Source: an uncultured Clostridia bacterium
Lineage (GTDB): Bacteria; Bacillota; Clostridia; Christensenellales; Aristaeellaceae
NCBI GenBank assembly: GCA_937886445.1
Contig: CALGBY010000015.1
Span: 1 to 16,933, forward strand
Direction of reading: 5' to 3'
DNA length: 16,933 bases
Positions 7,033 through 15,147 of the stretch are shown piece after piece. The translations under genes and the position numbers were made by a program. Each line of letters begins with the position of its first letter. The first letter of the stretch is position 1. The notes under the pieces were generated by a model that saw only the letters and a program-made list of their open reading frames with translations, searched no databases and was not told the origin of the DNA.

Positions 7033-7739
7033 TGGCATACTGTGTACACTGCGGGGTGAAGCTGGAGAACAGCGAAAAGCGCTGCCCGCTTTGCGATACC
7101 CCGGTCTATGATCCCTGCGAGGGGGAAAGAAAGCAGGCACCTTCGGCGTATCCCTGCCGCAGCGAGGAGCAGGTGCTGCAGATGAGCAAAAGCTACCTTC
7201 TGCGTCTGGCCGCGTGGCTGGCCTTTGTTCCGGCCGCGCTGTGCGCGGTGATCGATCTGCTCTTCAGCGGTCTTTCCGGCTGGTGCCTGTATCCGGCCGC
7301 CGCGCTTACGCTGCTGTTTTTTGCTTTCGCTTTGCCGCTGATACTGCCAAAACACCGTTTTACCGTATCCTATATCTTTGTCAGCTGCGCAGCGGCGGGT
7401 TATCAGCTGATGACCTCGCTGCTTCTGGGAGAAAACTGGTTTCTGCCGGTGGCGTTGCCTATGACAGTCGTTACGGCGGTGCTGCTCTATCTGTTTATCA
7501 AATATGTGCAAAAAAAACGGCCGGGTCTTCTTCGCTCGCTGTCGGCGCTGCTGATCGGGGCCGGATTGCTCTCGGTATTGATGGATATGGTGATCTTCTG
7601 CTATCTGCACTCTGCTGTTCACGCGCCTACCTGGAGCCTGTTTGTGGCAGCGCCGTGCCTGTTTATGGGCGGGCTGATCCGGATCGCTCTGCATAAGGAG
7701 GGCGTTGCGGAGGAGCTGAAACGGCGTTTCCATTTTTGA
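7029..7739 (+). CDS. Zinc-ribbon N-terminal, about 6-TM membrane protein of unknown function
   Basis: CVHCG...CPLCD (CxxC-N13-CxxC) followed by about six hydrophobic helices. The start overlaps the upstream stop (ATGA at 7029-7032), implying translational coupling. Confidence 0.8.
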   Translation: MMAYCVHCGVKLENSEKRCPLCDTPVYDPCEGERKQAPSAYPCRSEEQVLQMSKSYLLRLAAWLAFVPAALCAVIDLLFSGLSGWCLYPAAALTLLFFAFALPLILPKHRFTVSYIFVSCAAAGYQLMTSLLLGENWFLPVALPMTVVTAVLLYLFIKYVQKKRPGLLRSLSALLIGAGLLSVLMDMVIFCYLHSAVHAPTWSLFVAAPCLFMGGLIRIALHKEGVAEELKRRFHF

Positions 7740-7746
7740 CCATAGT

Positions 7747-7787
7747 AAAAAGCGCGTCCTGCCTGCAAACGGCGGGACGCGCTTTTT
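7747..7787. terminator. Bidirectional intrinsic terminator
   Basis: AAAA, then AGCGCGTCC(TGCC)...(GGCG)GGACGCGCT, then TTTTT. It serves the convergent + and - strand genes. Confidence 0.75.
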
Positions 7788-7794
7788 GAGGTAA

Positions 7795-7822
7795 CGGGCA
7801 GTCTGCCCGCGTTTTCTGTTTG
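7795..7822 (+). terminator. Second small hairpin with T-rich tail
   Basis: CGGGCA-GTC-TGCCCG followed by CGTTTTCTGTTTG. Confidence 0.45.
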
Positions 7823-7824
7823 TA

Positions 7825-9039
7825 TCAGATTGTGCTTTCTGCAGATCGGTTTTTTCCGGGTACCTTGATGGAGGCGGCATACGCGCTGTTCAAAAGCCCC
7901 AGTACGGCGGAGATCGTAAACAGTGTCTCAATGCCCAGCGCCTGCCATACCCAGCCGCCGAAAAGCGCGATGAGCACGGTGATCATATGGTTTACCGAGA
8001 TGCCGGTGGAAACCGTGGCGCGTACTTCCTCCCTGTTTTCCGAAATATCCTGTACATACACATTGGAGGCCATCGAAGCCAGCGATATCACGCTGTCCAG
8101 CACATAGTTGACGCAGCAGATCACGAAGGCGATATCCCTTGGGAAGATGCGGTGGGAAAAACCGTAGAAGAAGCAAACGATCACCAGTATGAGCGTATCC
8201 GCCACCATGACCGTCTTGTATCCCACGCGGTCGATGATCTTTCCCACCAGCGGCGCTGCGAAATAGCAGCATACGGCGGATACGGAAAACAGCAGGCTGA
8301 TCGTCGCGGTATCCGCTCCGTAGAAAAGGATGAGCACATAGGGCCCGAAGGTGAAGAAAACCTGCTTGCGCGCGCCGTAGAATACCTCGAGCAGGTAGTA
8401 TTTGGAAAATTTCTTTTTGAAATAGAAGCGGCTCTTTGTTTTATCGGTAACGCTTGAGCCCTTCATGCGGAAGGAAAATACCGTGCCGGCCAGCGTAAAC
8501 AGCGCGGCGACAAGGAAAAACCCCCGAAATGCGTTTTGACCCGAAACGACCAGAAACGCCGCCATGACGACCAGATAACCCGCCAGCGTACCGGCCTGGT
8601 TGACAGAATTTTGCAGACCCAGCGCTTCCCCGCTGTGCCCGGGCAGGGCATATTCCATGGAAAGGGTGTTCTTCATGCCCAGCTGGATGTGTTCGCCCAG
8701 AGAATGCACGCAGATGGCCACGGTGACCAGCGTCAGGTTCGGCGGCAGCACGGAAAGCGCCGAAAGCCCGGCCAGCATGATCACGGCGCCCAGCTTGTAC
8801 AACTGTTCCGCGCTGCACATATACAGCACCGCCAGCAGAAACACCAGCAGCAGCCCGGGCAACTCGCGGAAAAACTCGGCCACACCGCGGTCAAATTCAT
8901 TCATTTTTACGATCTCGGCCAGATAATTGTCTATCACGCCCTTGTACAGGCCGTATCCGATGCCGAAAAAGAGCAGGGAGAAGAAAAAGAAACGGTAGCC
9001 GGATCCCGGCTTGAAGGTGGAACGCAGTTTTCTGAGCAT
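7825..9039 (-). CDS. MFS transporter (substrate unknown)
   Basis: ATG 9039 (MLRKLRSTFKPG...) with GGAGGA 7 nt upstream. The 46-codon extension to 9177 covers the promoter. About 12 hydrophobic segments, 404 aa. Confidence 0.85.
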   Translation of the reverse strand: MLRKLRSTFKPGSGYRFFFFSLLFFGIGYGLYKGVIDNYLAEIVKMNEFDRGVAEFFRELPGLLLVFLLAVLYMCSAEQLYKLGAVIMLAGLSALSVLPPNLTLVTVAICVHSLGEHIQLGMKNTLSMEYALPGHSGEALGLQNSVNQAGTLAGYLVVMAAFLVVSGQNAFRGFFLVAALFTLAGTVFSFRMKGSSVTDKTKSRFYFKKKFSKYYLLEVFYGARKQVFFTFGPYVLILFYGADTATISLLFSVSAVCCYFAAPLVGKIIDRVGYKTVMVADTLILVIVCFFYGFSHRIFPRDIAFVICCVNYVLDSVISLASMASNVYVQDISENREEVRATVSTGISVNHMITVLIALFGGWVWQALGIETLFTISAVLGLLNSAYAASIKVPGKNRSAESTI

Positions 9040-9094
9040 ATGGGTTTCCTCCGTGACGGGTGGATCGTGCAGACTGCTTTGTCTGTACACCGGG

Positions 9095-9123
9095 ATATTA
9101 TGAGAAGAATCACGGTTTGTCAA
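9095..9123 (-). promoter_or_regulatory. SigA-type promoter for the MFS gene
   Basis: Minus strand TTGACA - 17 nt - TAATAT (alternatively CATAAT with a 15-nt spacer). Confidence 0.55.
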
Positions 9124-9176
9124 GATACTATCCCGCTGTTTTCCGGGCGGATCCGGCATTTGACGGCCGGTTGTCA

Positions 9177-10856
9177 TTACTCAATGCGCTGCTTGAGCGC
9201 GCGCAGCTCTTTCTGCAGCTCCAGCAGTTCTTCATTGATCAGGTCGGGTCTGTCCCCTTTGCGCGGGGAGGAAAGGCGGGCGGTCAGCGAAGCCACACGC
9301 ATTTCAAGCGTTGTGATCTCCATGCGCTGCTGCTCCTTCGTCCTGTCCCGGCGGGAGTTGTTTTCCATTTCCGTCAGGCTGCCCTCAAAGCAGGTGATGC
9401 TCTGGTTTTCTATGCGCAGCACCCTGTCCGCGATATGATCGATGAAGGTGCGGTCATGGCTCACAAAAAGCAGTGTGCCCTGATACTCACGCAGCAGCTT
9501 TTCCAGCGCTTCCAGCGTAAATACGTCCAGATGGTTCGTGGGCTCATCCAGTATCAGCAGGTTCAGATCCGCCGCCAGCAGGCGTATAAGCGCTGTTTTG
9601 GCTCTTTCTCCGCCTGATAGTACGGATACGGGCTTGTAGACCTGGTCGCCCTTCATGCCCATACAGGCAAACAGGGTGCGTACATCGCCCTCGGACAGGA
9701 TGCTGTCACGCAGCGCGTTATCAAGGGCGGAAGCTTCGCTGTCCAGTGTGCTTTCATGATTCTGATCAAACAGGCCGATGCGCACCGCGGGATTGATCTG
9801 AGCGGTGCCGGAAACGAGCAGCCCCTCGCCCGGATCGTCCGGATGGTACAGTACGCGCAGCAGGGTGCTTTTTCCGCAGCCGTTTGGCCCGGTCAGAGCG
9901 GTCTTTTTGCCGGTGGGAACGGTGAAGGATACCTTGCAGAGAAGCGGCTTTCCGCCCGCCTGTATCGAAAGCCGTTCCGCTCTGGCAGCCGTTGCGGATA
10001 TGATGCTTCCGCTTTCCGGGGCTTTGATGTGTATTTCAGGCAGATCCTTCGGCCGTTCCTTTTTCTCAAGCTGCTCAATGCGGTTCTGCATGGTGCGTTT
10101 ACGGTGGCTCAGCTGCAGTATGGCATCCGTGGCCTCCCGCGTATGCAGGCGGGCTTCGCTGTTGCCCATCCTTGAAGGGGCCTTTTTCACCTGCTGTGTT
10201 TTTTCCTGCATGCGCTGGGCGGATTGCTCCAGCCGCTTTTTTTCCCTGCGGTACTGTTCATATTCAAACATCGCGAAATCGCGCCGCCGTTCGCTTTCCT
10301 TTCGGAAGGCGTCATAATTGCCGGGGTATTCCGTTACGGTTTCGCTGTCCAGATGCCATATTTTTTCACAGCAGAGGTTCAGCAGAGAGCGGTCGTGGCT
10401 TACGAGCACCAGCGCGCCCCGGTGCGCCAGCAGGTGCTTTTTCAGTATCCGGATGCCTTCCTCATCCAGGTCGTTTGTGGGTTCGTCCGCCATAAGCAGG
10501 GGCGTGCCCTCGCTGAAAGCCTTCGCGATCCGTCTCCGGGTGTTTTCGCCGCCGGAAAGGTGGTCACGGGCTTCGGGTACCGAAAAAACAGCCCGATGGG
10601 CGGCGTCGGCATCCTCCTCTTCTGTGCCGGACTGGCGTATATAGGTGCACTTGCAGAAACGGCGGATCACGCCCGAATCCGCTTCTGTTTCGCCGGAAAG
10701 GATGCGGAGCAGGGTGCTTTTGCCCGCGCCGTTTTCGCCGATCAGCCCGATACGGTCGCCGTCATAGACGGCAAGACGCGCGATACGGAACAGGGTGCGG
10801 TCGCCGCAGGTCTTTTCGATGTCGGTTGCTTCAAGCAGTATACGGTTTTCGTTCAT
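9177..10856 (-). CDS. ABC-F ATPase of the arm-less, extended-linker type; candidate ARE (antibiotic-resistance ribosomal protection) ABC-F
   Basis: Two NBDs: GENGAGKST/LSGGE/LLMADEPTNDLD and GPNGCGKST/LSGGE/LLILDEPTNHLD. No TM segments. Walker A Lys to signature Ser in NBD1 is 55 aa. There is a C-terminal coiled-coil extension. 559 aa. Confidence 0.85.
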   Translation of the reverse strand: MNENRILLEATDIEKTCGDRTLFRIARLAVYDGDRIGLIGENGAGKSTLLRILSGETEADSGVIRRFCKCTYIRQSGTEEEDADAAHRAVFSVPEARDHLSGGENTRRRIAKAFSEGTPLLMADEPTNDLDEEGIRILKKHLLAHRGALVLVSHDRSLLNLCCEKIWHLDSETVTEYPGNYDAFRKESERRRDFAMFEYEQYRREKKRLEQSAQRMQEKTQQVKKAPSRMGNSEARLHTREATDAILQLSHRKRTMQNRIEQLEKKERPKDLPEIHIKAPESGSIISATAARAERLSIQAGGKPLLCKVSFTVPTGKKTALTGPNGCGKSTLLRVLYHPDDPGEGLLVSGTAQINPAVRIGLFDQNHESTLDSEASALDNALRDSILSEGDVRTLFACMGMKGDQVYKPVSVLSGGERAKTALIRLLAADLNLLILDEPTNHLDVFTLEALEKLLREYQGTLLFVSHDRTFIDHIADRVLRIENQSITCFEGSLTEMENNSRRDRTKEQQRMEITTLEMRVASLTARLSSPRKGDRPDLINEELLELQKELRALKQRIE

Positions 10857-11035
10857 TCTGTTTTCTCCTTCACCTGCTGCCGGGGAAAGGCGTGCTGCGG
10901 CGCATTAAGGCACGCAAAAAAGAACGACCTTCCGCCGGCAGCACAAACACAGCCCCGCGCACGGGGACAGGAAACGGTTGCTGCGGTCAGTTGTTCTTCT
11001 TCATGCCTTTCTCATACCATACCCTTTCTCAGTAT
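10857..11035 (-). promoter_or_regulatory. Structured 5' leader of the ABC-F gene with mini-uORFs and a terminator-like hairpin (candidate ribosome-mediated attenuator)
   Basis: Minus strand: chained mini-ORFs at 11020..10987 (MV*, MRKA*, MKKNN*, linked by ATGA overlaps). A long imperfect hairpin (about 10922..10996) ends in T6 (10916..10921). The hairpin's 5' arm begins inside the last uORF. GCAGCA/TGCTGC segments offer alternative pairings near the SD. Confidence 0.45.
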
Positions 11036-11041
11036 ACCGGC

Positions 11042-11070
11042 ATGATAGCATGAATGTCGGCTGCTGTCAA
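11042..11070 (-). promoter_or_regulatory. SigA-type promoter for the ABC-F leader
   Basis: Minus strand TTGACA - 17 nt - TATCAT. Confidence 0.55.
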
Positions 11071-11113
11071 GCGGATCGTTTTCGGCGACAAAATGAAAAC
11101 TTAAAAAAATTGC

Positions 11114-11142
11114 TTGAAATCTGTTTCTGCATGTGTTACAAT
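11114..11142 (+). promoter_or_regulatory. SigA-type promoter for secG
   Basis: TTGAAA - 17 nt (ending TGT, extended -10) - TACAAT. Confidence 0.6.
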
Positions 11143-11174
11143 AACTGATGTGTCAATCTAAGGAGGTTTTTACC

Positions 11175-11405
11175 ATGGTTACTGCAATCGAAATCATTAT
11201 GGTGATCGTAGCTATCGCTTTGATCGTGTCTGTTCTGCTGCAGCAGAGCGATGATGACGGTATGGGTGCTCTTACCGGTGCTTCCAGCGAATCCTTCTTC
11301 AGCAAAAACCAGACTGATACGCTTGAAGGCAAGCTGTCTCTGATCACCAAGATCAGCGCTGCTGTATTCGTAGTACTGGCGCTCCTTCTTGTTGTCCTCA
11401 AGTAA
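11175..11405 (+). CDS. secG: Preprotein translocase subunit SecG
   Basis: ATG 11175 with TAAGGAGG at 11160-11167. 76 aa, two TM helices flanking LLQQSDDDGMGALTGASSESFF, which is the typical SecG layout. Confidence 0.85.
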   Translation: MVTAIEIIMVIVAIALIVSVLLQQSDDDGMGALTGASSESFFSKNQTDTLEGKLSLITKISAAVFVVLALLLVVLK

Positions 11406-11423
11406 GAACGGTTTTGATTTTTA

Positions 11424-11456
11424 AAGGGGCTGACTGTACCGGTCAGTCCCTTCTTT
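11424..11456 (+). terminator. Intrinsic terminator after secG
   Basis: GGGGCTGAC...GTCAGTCCC stem followed by TTCTTT. Confidence 0.65.
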
Positions 11457-11493
11457 GAGTATAAGCGGAAGGTGGAACAGCGCTTTGATCCTG

Positions 11494-13407
11494 ATGAATG
11501 TACAGAATGTGAGCAAAAGCTTCGGCGGGAATACCGTGCTGAAGGATGTTTCGCTTACCCTGCAGAACGGCATGCGCATGGGGCTGGTGGGAGTGAACGG
11601 CTGCGGAAAATCCACTCTGCTCAGGATCCTTTGCGGACAGGATCAGGATCACGGCGGTCAGATCAGTTCCCTTAAGGGGATCAGGATCGGCTATCTTGCT
11701 CAGCAGGGGCATACCTCCGGCGGGAATACCGTATTTGAGGAATTGCGCGGTGTATTCGCGCATCTTGATCAAATGGAGCAGCGGCTGCGCGAAATGGAGC
11801 TTGAAATGAGCACCGCGGAGGGCGAGGAAGCGGAACGCCTTTACGAAAATTATGACAGGCTGCAGCGCCGCTTTGAACAGGAGGACGGCTACGCGCGGGA
11901 GAGCCGGGTGCAGGGGGTGCTTCTGGGTCTGGGTTTTGACAGAAGCGAATGGGATAAACCGGCGGATGTGCTGTCAGGCGGAGAACTGACCCGGCTGTGT
12001 CTCGGAAAGCTGCTGCTTGAAAAACCCGATGTGCTGCTTCTGGATGAGCCGACAAATCATCTGGATCTGAACGCGCTGGACTGGCTGGAGAAATATCTTC
12101 TGGATTACAAGGGAACGGTGCTGGTGGTAAGCCATGACCGTTTCTTTCTGGACCGCGTGTGTACCGATATCACGGAGATCCTTCTCGGCAGGAGCGAGCA
12201 GTATAAAGGTAACTATACCGAATATATGCAAAAGCGCACCGCGCGCTTTGACAGCCGCATGAAGGCCTGGGAAAACCAGCAGAAGGAGATCGAGCGGCAG
12301 GAGAAGATCATTGAACGCTACCGCTCCTTCAACCGTGAAAAGTCGATCCGCGCGGCTGAGAGCCGGCAGAAAATGCTGGACAAAACGGAAAGACTGGAGC
12401 GTCCCGAGGAGGACGGACAGATCAGCTTCTCTTTTACCGCGGCACGGCACACCGGAGAGGATGTGCTGTATGCGGAAAACCTTGAAAAGAGCTTTGACGG
12501 CGTACAGCTTTTCCGCAATGTGGATCTTCAGGTAAAAAGCGGGCAGCGTGTAGCGCTGGTAGGGCCGAACGGTGTGGGAAAATCCACACTGCTTTCCATC
12601 CTGACCGGTGAAAAGACGGCGGACCGCGGATGCTTCCGCTGGGGCGCCAATGTGGATATCGGCTATTATGACCAGCATCAGCGCGGCCTTCACAACGAAA
12701 AGACGGTGCTTGATGAGGTGTGGGACCGTTTTCCGCGTATGGAGCAGTACGAGGTACGCGGCGCGCTGGGAATGTTCCTTTTTTCGGGAGAGGATGTGTT
12801 TGAAAAGATCGGCACGCTTTCCGGCGGGGAAAAAGGGCGTGTCGCGCTTACCGAGCTGATGCTCCGGCATGACAATGTGCTTTTGCTGGACGAGCCTACC
12901 AACCATCTGGATATGGACAGCCGTGAGGTGCTGGAGGATGCCCTGCAGGACTTTGACGGCACCATCATTGCCGTATCGCATGACCGGTACTTTATCAACC
13001 GTTTCGCGGACAGGGTGGCTGTGCTCTCCGGGGACGGGATCCGCGTCTATTCCGGCAACTGGGACAGCTATCAGGCCGAGCTGGAGCGGCTGAAGGTGCC
13101 CGAGGAGGAAAGGGCGTTTTCCATGCTGACCCGCACAGAGCAGGATAAGCGCAAAAAAGCGAAAAAGGCGGATGAGGAACGCCTTCGCAGGCTGAAGCAG
13201 GAGGTGAAGCGCGCCGAGGAGCGCGTGGAACAGGCCGAGGCGCTCCTCAAAAAAAAGGAAGACGAGCTTGCTTCTTCTTCACTCAGCGCGGATGCGGCAA
13301 GAAGGCTCAGCCATGAATATGACGTGCTTCTCGGAGAAAAGCAGAAGGCATACACAGCCTGGGAGGAAGCGGAAACGGCTCTGGAGGACGCGCTCGGGGA
13401 AGAATGA
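11494..13407 (+). CDS. Housekeeping-type long ABC-F ATPase (YdiF/Uup-like) with arm insertion and C-terminal coiled coil
   Basis: Two NBDs (GVNGCGKST...LSGGE...LLLDEPTNHLD; GPNGVGKST...LSGGE...LLLDEPTNHLD). There are 122 aa between the NBD1 Walker A Lys and the signature Ser (arm present). Lys/Glu-rich C-terminus. Start is uncertain: ATG 11494 is listed, but in-frame TTG 11485 has better spacing from GGAAGGTGG. The 11455 start lies in the secG terminator tail. Confidence 0.88.
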   Translation: MNVQNVSKSFGGNTVLKDVSLTLQNGMRMGLVGVNGCGKSTLLRILCGQDQDHGGQISSLKGIRIGYLAQQGHTSGGNTVFEELRGVFAHLDQMEQRLREMELEMSTAEGEEAERLYENYDRLQRRFEQEDGYARESRVQGVLLGLGFDRSEWDKPADVLSGGELTRLCLGKLLLEKPDVLLLDEPTNHLDLNALDWLEKYLLDYKGTVLVVSHDRFFLDRVCTDITEILLGRSEQYKGNYTEYMQKRTARFDSRMKAWENQQKEIERQEKIIERYRSFNREKSIRAAESRQKMLDKTERLERPEEDGQISFSFTAARHTGEDVLYAENLEKSFDGVQLFRNVDLQVKSGQRVALVGPNGVGKSTLLSILTGEKTADRGCFRWGANVDIGYYDQHQRGLHNEKTVLDEVWDRFPRMEQYEVRGALGMFLFSGEDVFEKIGTLSGGEKGRVALTELMLRHDNVLLLDEPTNHLDMDSREVLEDALQDFDGTIIAVSHDRYFINRFADRVAVLSGDGIRVYSGNWDSYQAELERLKVPEEERAFSMLTRTEQDKRKKAKKADEERLRRLKQEVKRAEERVEQAEALLKKKEDELASSSLSADAARRLSHEYDVLLGEKQKAYTAWEEAETALEDALGEE

Positions 13408-13428
13408 TACCGAAGGTGGGAAAAAGGG

Positions 13429-14100
13429 ATGCATGAGCACGAAGGACACAAAAAACGCATGAGAGACCGCTACCGCGAAAACGGGCTGGACGGTTTTTCG
13501 GAGCATGAAGCGCTGGAACTGCTGCTTTCCTATGTGTTTACAAGGGGAGATACCAATCCGCTTGCCCACCGCCTGGTGGAACGCTTCGGTTCCTTCGCGC
13601 GTGTGCTGGAGGCCAGCCCCGTGGAGCTTGCGTCGGTAGAGGGCATGGGGGAAAGGAGCGCCGCGTTCGTTTCCATGATGCTGCCGCTGTTTCGCTATTA
13701 CAGCATGAGAAAGGCAGATGCTACGGTGCTTGACACGGTGCAGAAACTGAAGGATTACTGCCGCGGGCTGTTTGTGGGCGCGAATGAGGAAATCATGTAC
13801 ATCGTATGCCTGGACGCGCGCCTGAAGCTGATCAATCATGTTGAGGTGGCTAGAGGCACGGTAAACGGCATCGTTACCAGCACAAAAAAGGTGGCGGAGG
13901 AAGCCGTGAGGCAGATGGCGACCGGGGTGGTGCTGGTGCATAATCATCCCGGCGGCAGCATGCAGGCCTCCGCGGAGGATATCGATTTTACATACCGCTG
14001 CCGCAAGGCGCTGGATCCGCTTGAAATACGGCTGTATGACCATATCATCGTAGGAAAAGACTGCATGAGCATGCGCGAAAACGGAGACCTGTCCTTCTGA
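13429..14100 (+). CDS. radC: RadC-family JAB/MPN-domain protein (UPF0758)
   Basis: N-terminal HhH-like region (SPVELASVEGMGERSA) and JAMM motif VHNHPGGS...SAEDIDFT. Confidence 0.9.
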   Translation: MHEHEGHKKRMRDRYRENGLDGFSEHEALELLLSYVFTRGDTNPLAHRLVERFGSFARVLEASPVELASVEGMGERSAAFVSMMLPLFRYYSMRKADATVLDTVQKLKDYCRGLFVGANEEIMYIVCLDARLKLINHVEVARGTVNGIVTSTKKVAEEAVRQMATGVVLVHNHPGGSMQASAEDIDFTYRCRKALDPLEIRLYDHIIVGKDCMSMRENGDLSF

Positions 14101-14118
14101 CAGGGGGAAGGAAAAACC

Positions 14119-15147
14119 ATGAGACAGATCACACTGGGTACCACCGGAATCACAACGCCGCAGAATGCCTTCGGCTGTCTGCCGGTACAGCGTACCGATA
14201 AAGAAACGGCTGTATACCTTTTAAGAAAGGCTTTTGACGGCGGTATGACCTTTTTTGATACCGCCAGGGCTTATTCCGACAGCGAGGAAAAGCTGGGAGC
14301 GGCATTCGGCGGTCACTGGGACGGCAAATTCGTCGCCTCCAAGACGCACGCGCACACGCCGGAGGAATTCAGAAAGGATCTGGAAACCTCTCTGCGCCTG
14401 CTGAAGACCGATCATCTGGATATTTACCAGTTCCATCAGGCCAGCCAATGCTATTTTGAGGGCGATGGCACCGGCATGTATGAGGAAATGCTGAAGGCAA
14501 AAAAGGAAGGCAAGATCCTGCATATCGGCTGTACCACGCACCGTCTGGGCGTGGCGGAGGATATCATAGACAGCGGGCTGTACGAAACGCTGCAGTTCCC
14601 CCTCAGCTATCTTTCGGCTGAGCCGGATATCGCGCTGGTCAGGCGCTGTGAGAATGCCGGTATGGGCTTCATTGCCATGAAGGGGCTGTCCGGCGGGATG
14701 CTTACCGATGCCGAGGCTTGCATGGCGTTTATGTCCCAGTTCGGTAATGTGCTGCCCATTTGGGGCATCCAGCGCGAGAGCGAGCTGGACGCGTGGCTGA
14801 GCTTTATGGACCGGGATGTGTGCATGTCCGATGAGATCCGCGCGCGTATCGAAAAGGACAGAAAGGAGCTGGGCGGCGATTTCTGCCGCGGATGCGGTTA
14901 CTGCGCGCCCTGCACAAAGGGAATACAGATCTTTCAGTGTGCCCGTATGTCTCCCATGATACGCCGTTCTCCCTCTGCGGGGTTCCTTTCGGAATACTGG
15001 CAGAAGGAAATGGAAAAGATCACGGAGTGCATCAACTGCGGGGCCTGCCTGAAACGCTGCCCCTATCAATTGAATATCCCGGAACTGCTCAAGCGCAATC
15101 TTGAGGATTACAGAAGCATTTTGAAAGGGGAAACAGATATTCATTGA
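14119..15147 (+). CDS. Aldo/keto reductase with C-terminal 4Fe-4S cluster motifs (COG1453-like)
   Basis: AKR N-terminus (FDTARAYSDSEEKLG) plus CRGCGYCAPC and CINCGACLKRCP ferredoxin-type motifs. Confidence 0.85.
   Translation: MRQITLGTTGITTPQNAFGCLPVQRTDKETAVYLLRKAFDGGMTFFDTARAYSDSEEKLGAAFGGHWDGKFVASKTHAHTPEEFRKDLETSLRLLKTDHLDIYQFHQASQCYFEGDGTGMYEEMLKAKKEGKILHIGCTTHRLGVAEDIIDSGLYETLQFPLSYLSAEPDIALVRRCENAGMGFIAMKGLSGGMLTDAEACMAFMSQFGNVLPIWGIQRESELDAWLSFMDRDVCMSDEIRARIEKDRKELGGDFCRGCGYCAPCTKGIQIFQCARMSPMIRRSPSAGFLSEYWQKEMEKITECINCGACLKRCPYQLNIPELLKRNLEDYRSILKGETDIH

Noticed and set aside
5584-7880. Long minus-strand ORFs 5584..6459 (291 aa) and 6639..7880 (413 aa)
   Set aside because: Both are antisense to well-supported plus-strand genes. 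They are Arg/Gln/Pro-rich and low in complexity, cross intergenic terminators, and lack an RBS.
9040-9177. N-terminal extension of the MFS ORF to 9177
   Set aside because: The extension covers a good promoter and is hydrophilic and Pro-rich. ATG 9039 has a GGAGGA RBS and begins the first TM region.
7825-10856. Interpreting the ABC-F + MFS pair as a direct mef/msr-type macrolide operon
   Set aside because: The gene order is reversed relative to mef(A)-msr(D). The MFS protein shows no recognisable similarity to Mef as I recall it, and it has its own promoter. Only the general 'ARE ABC-F next to an efflux-type transporter' observation is retained.
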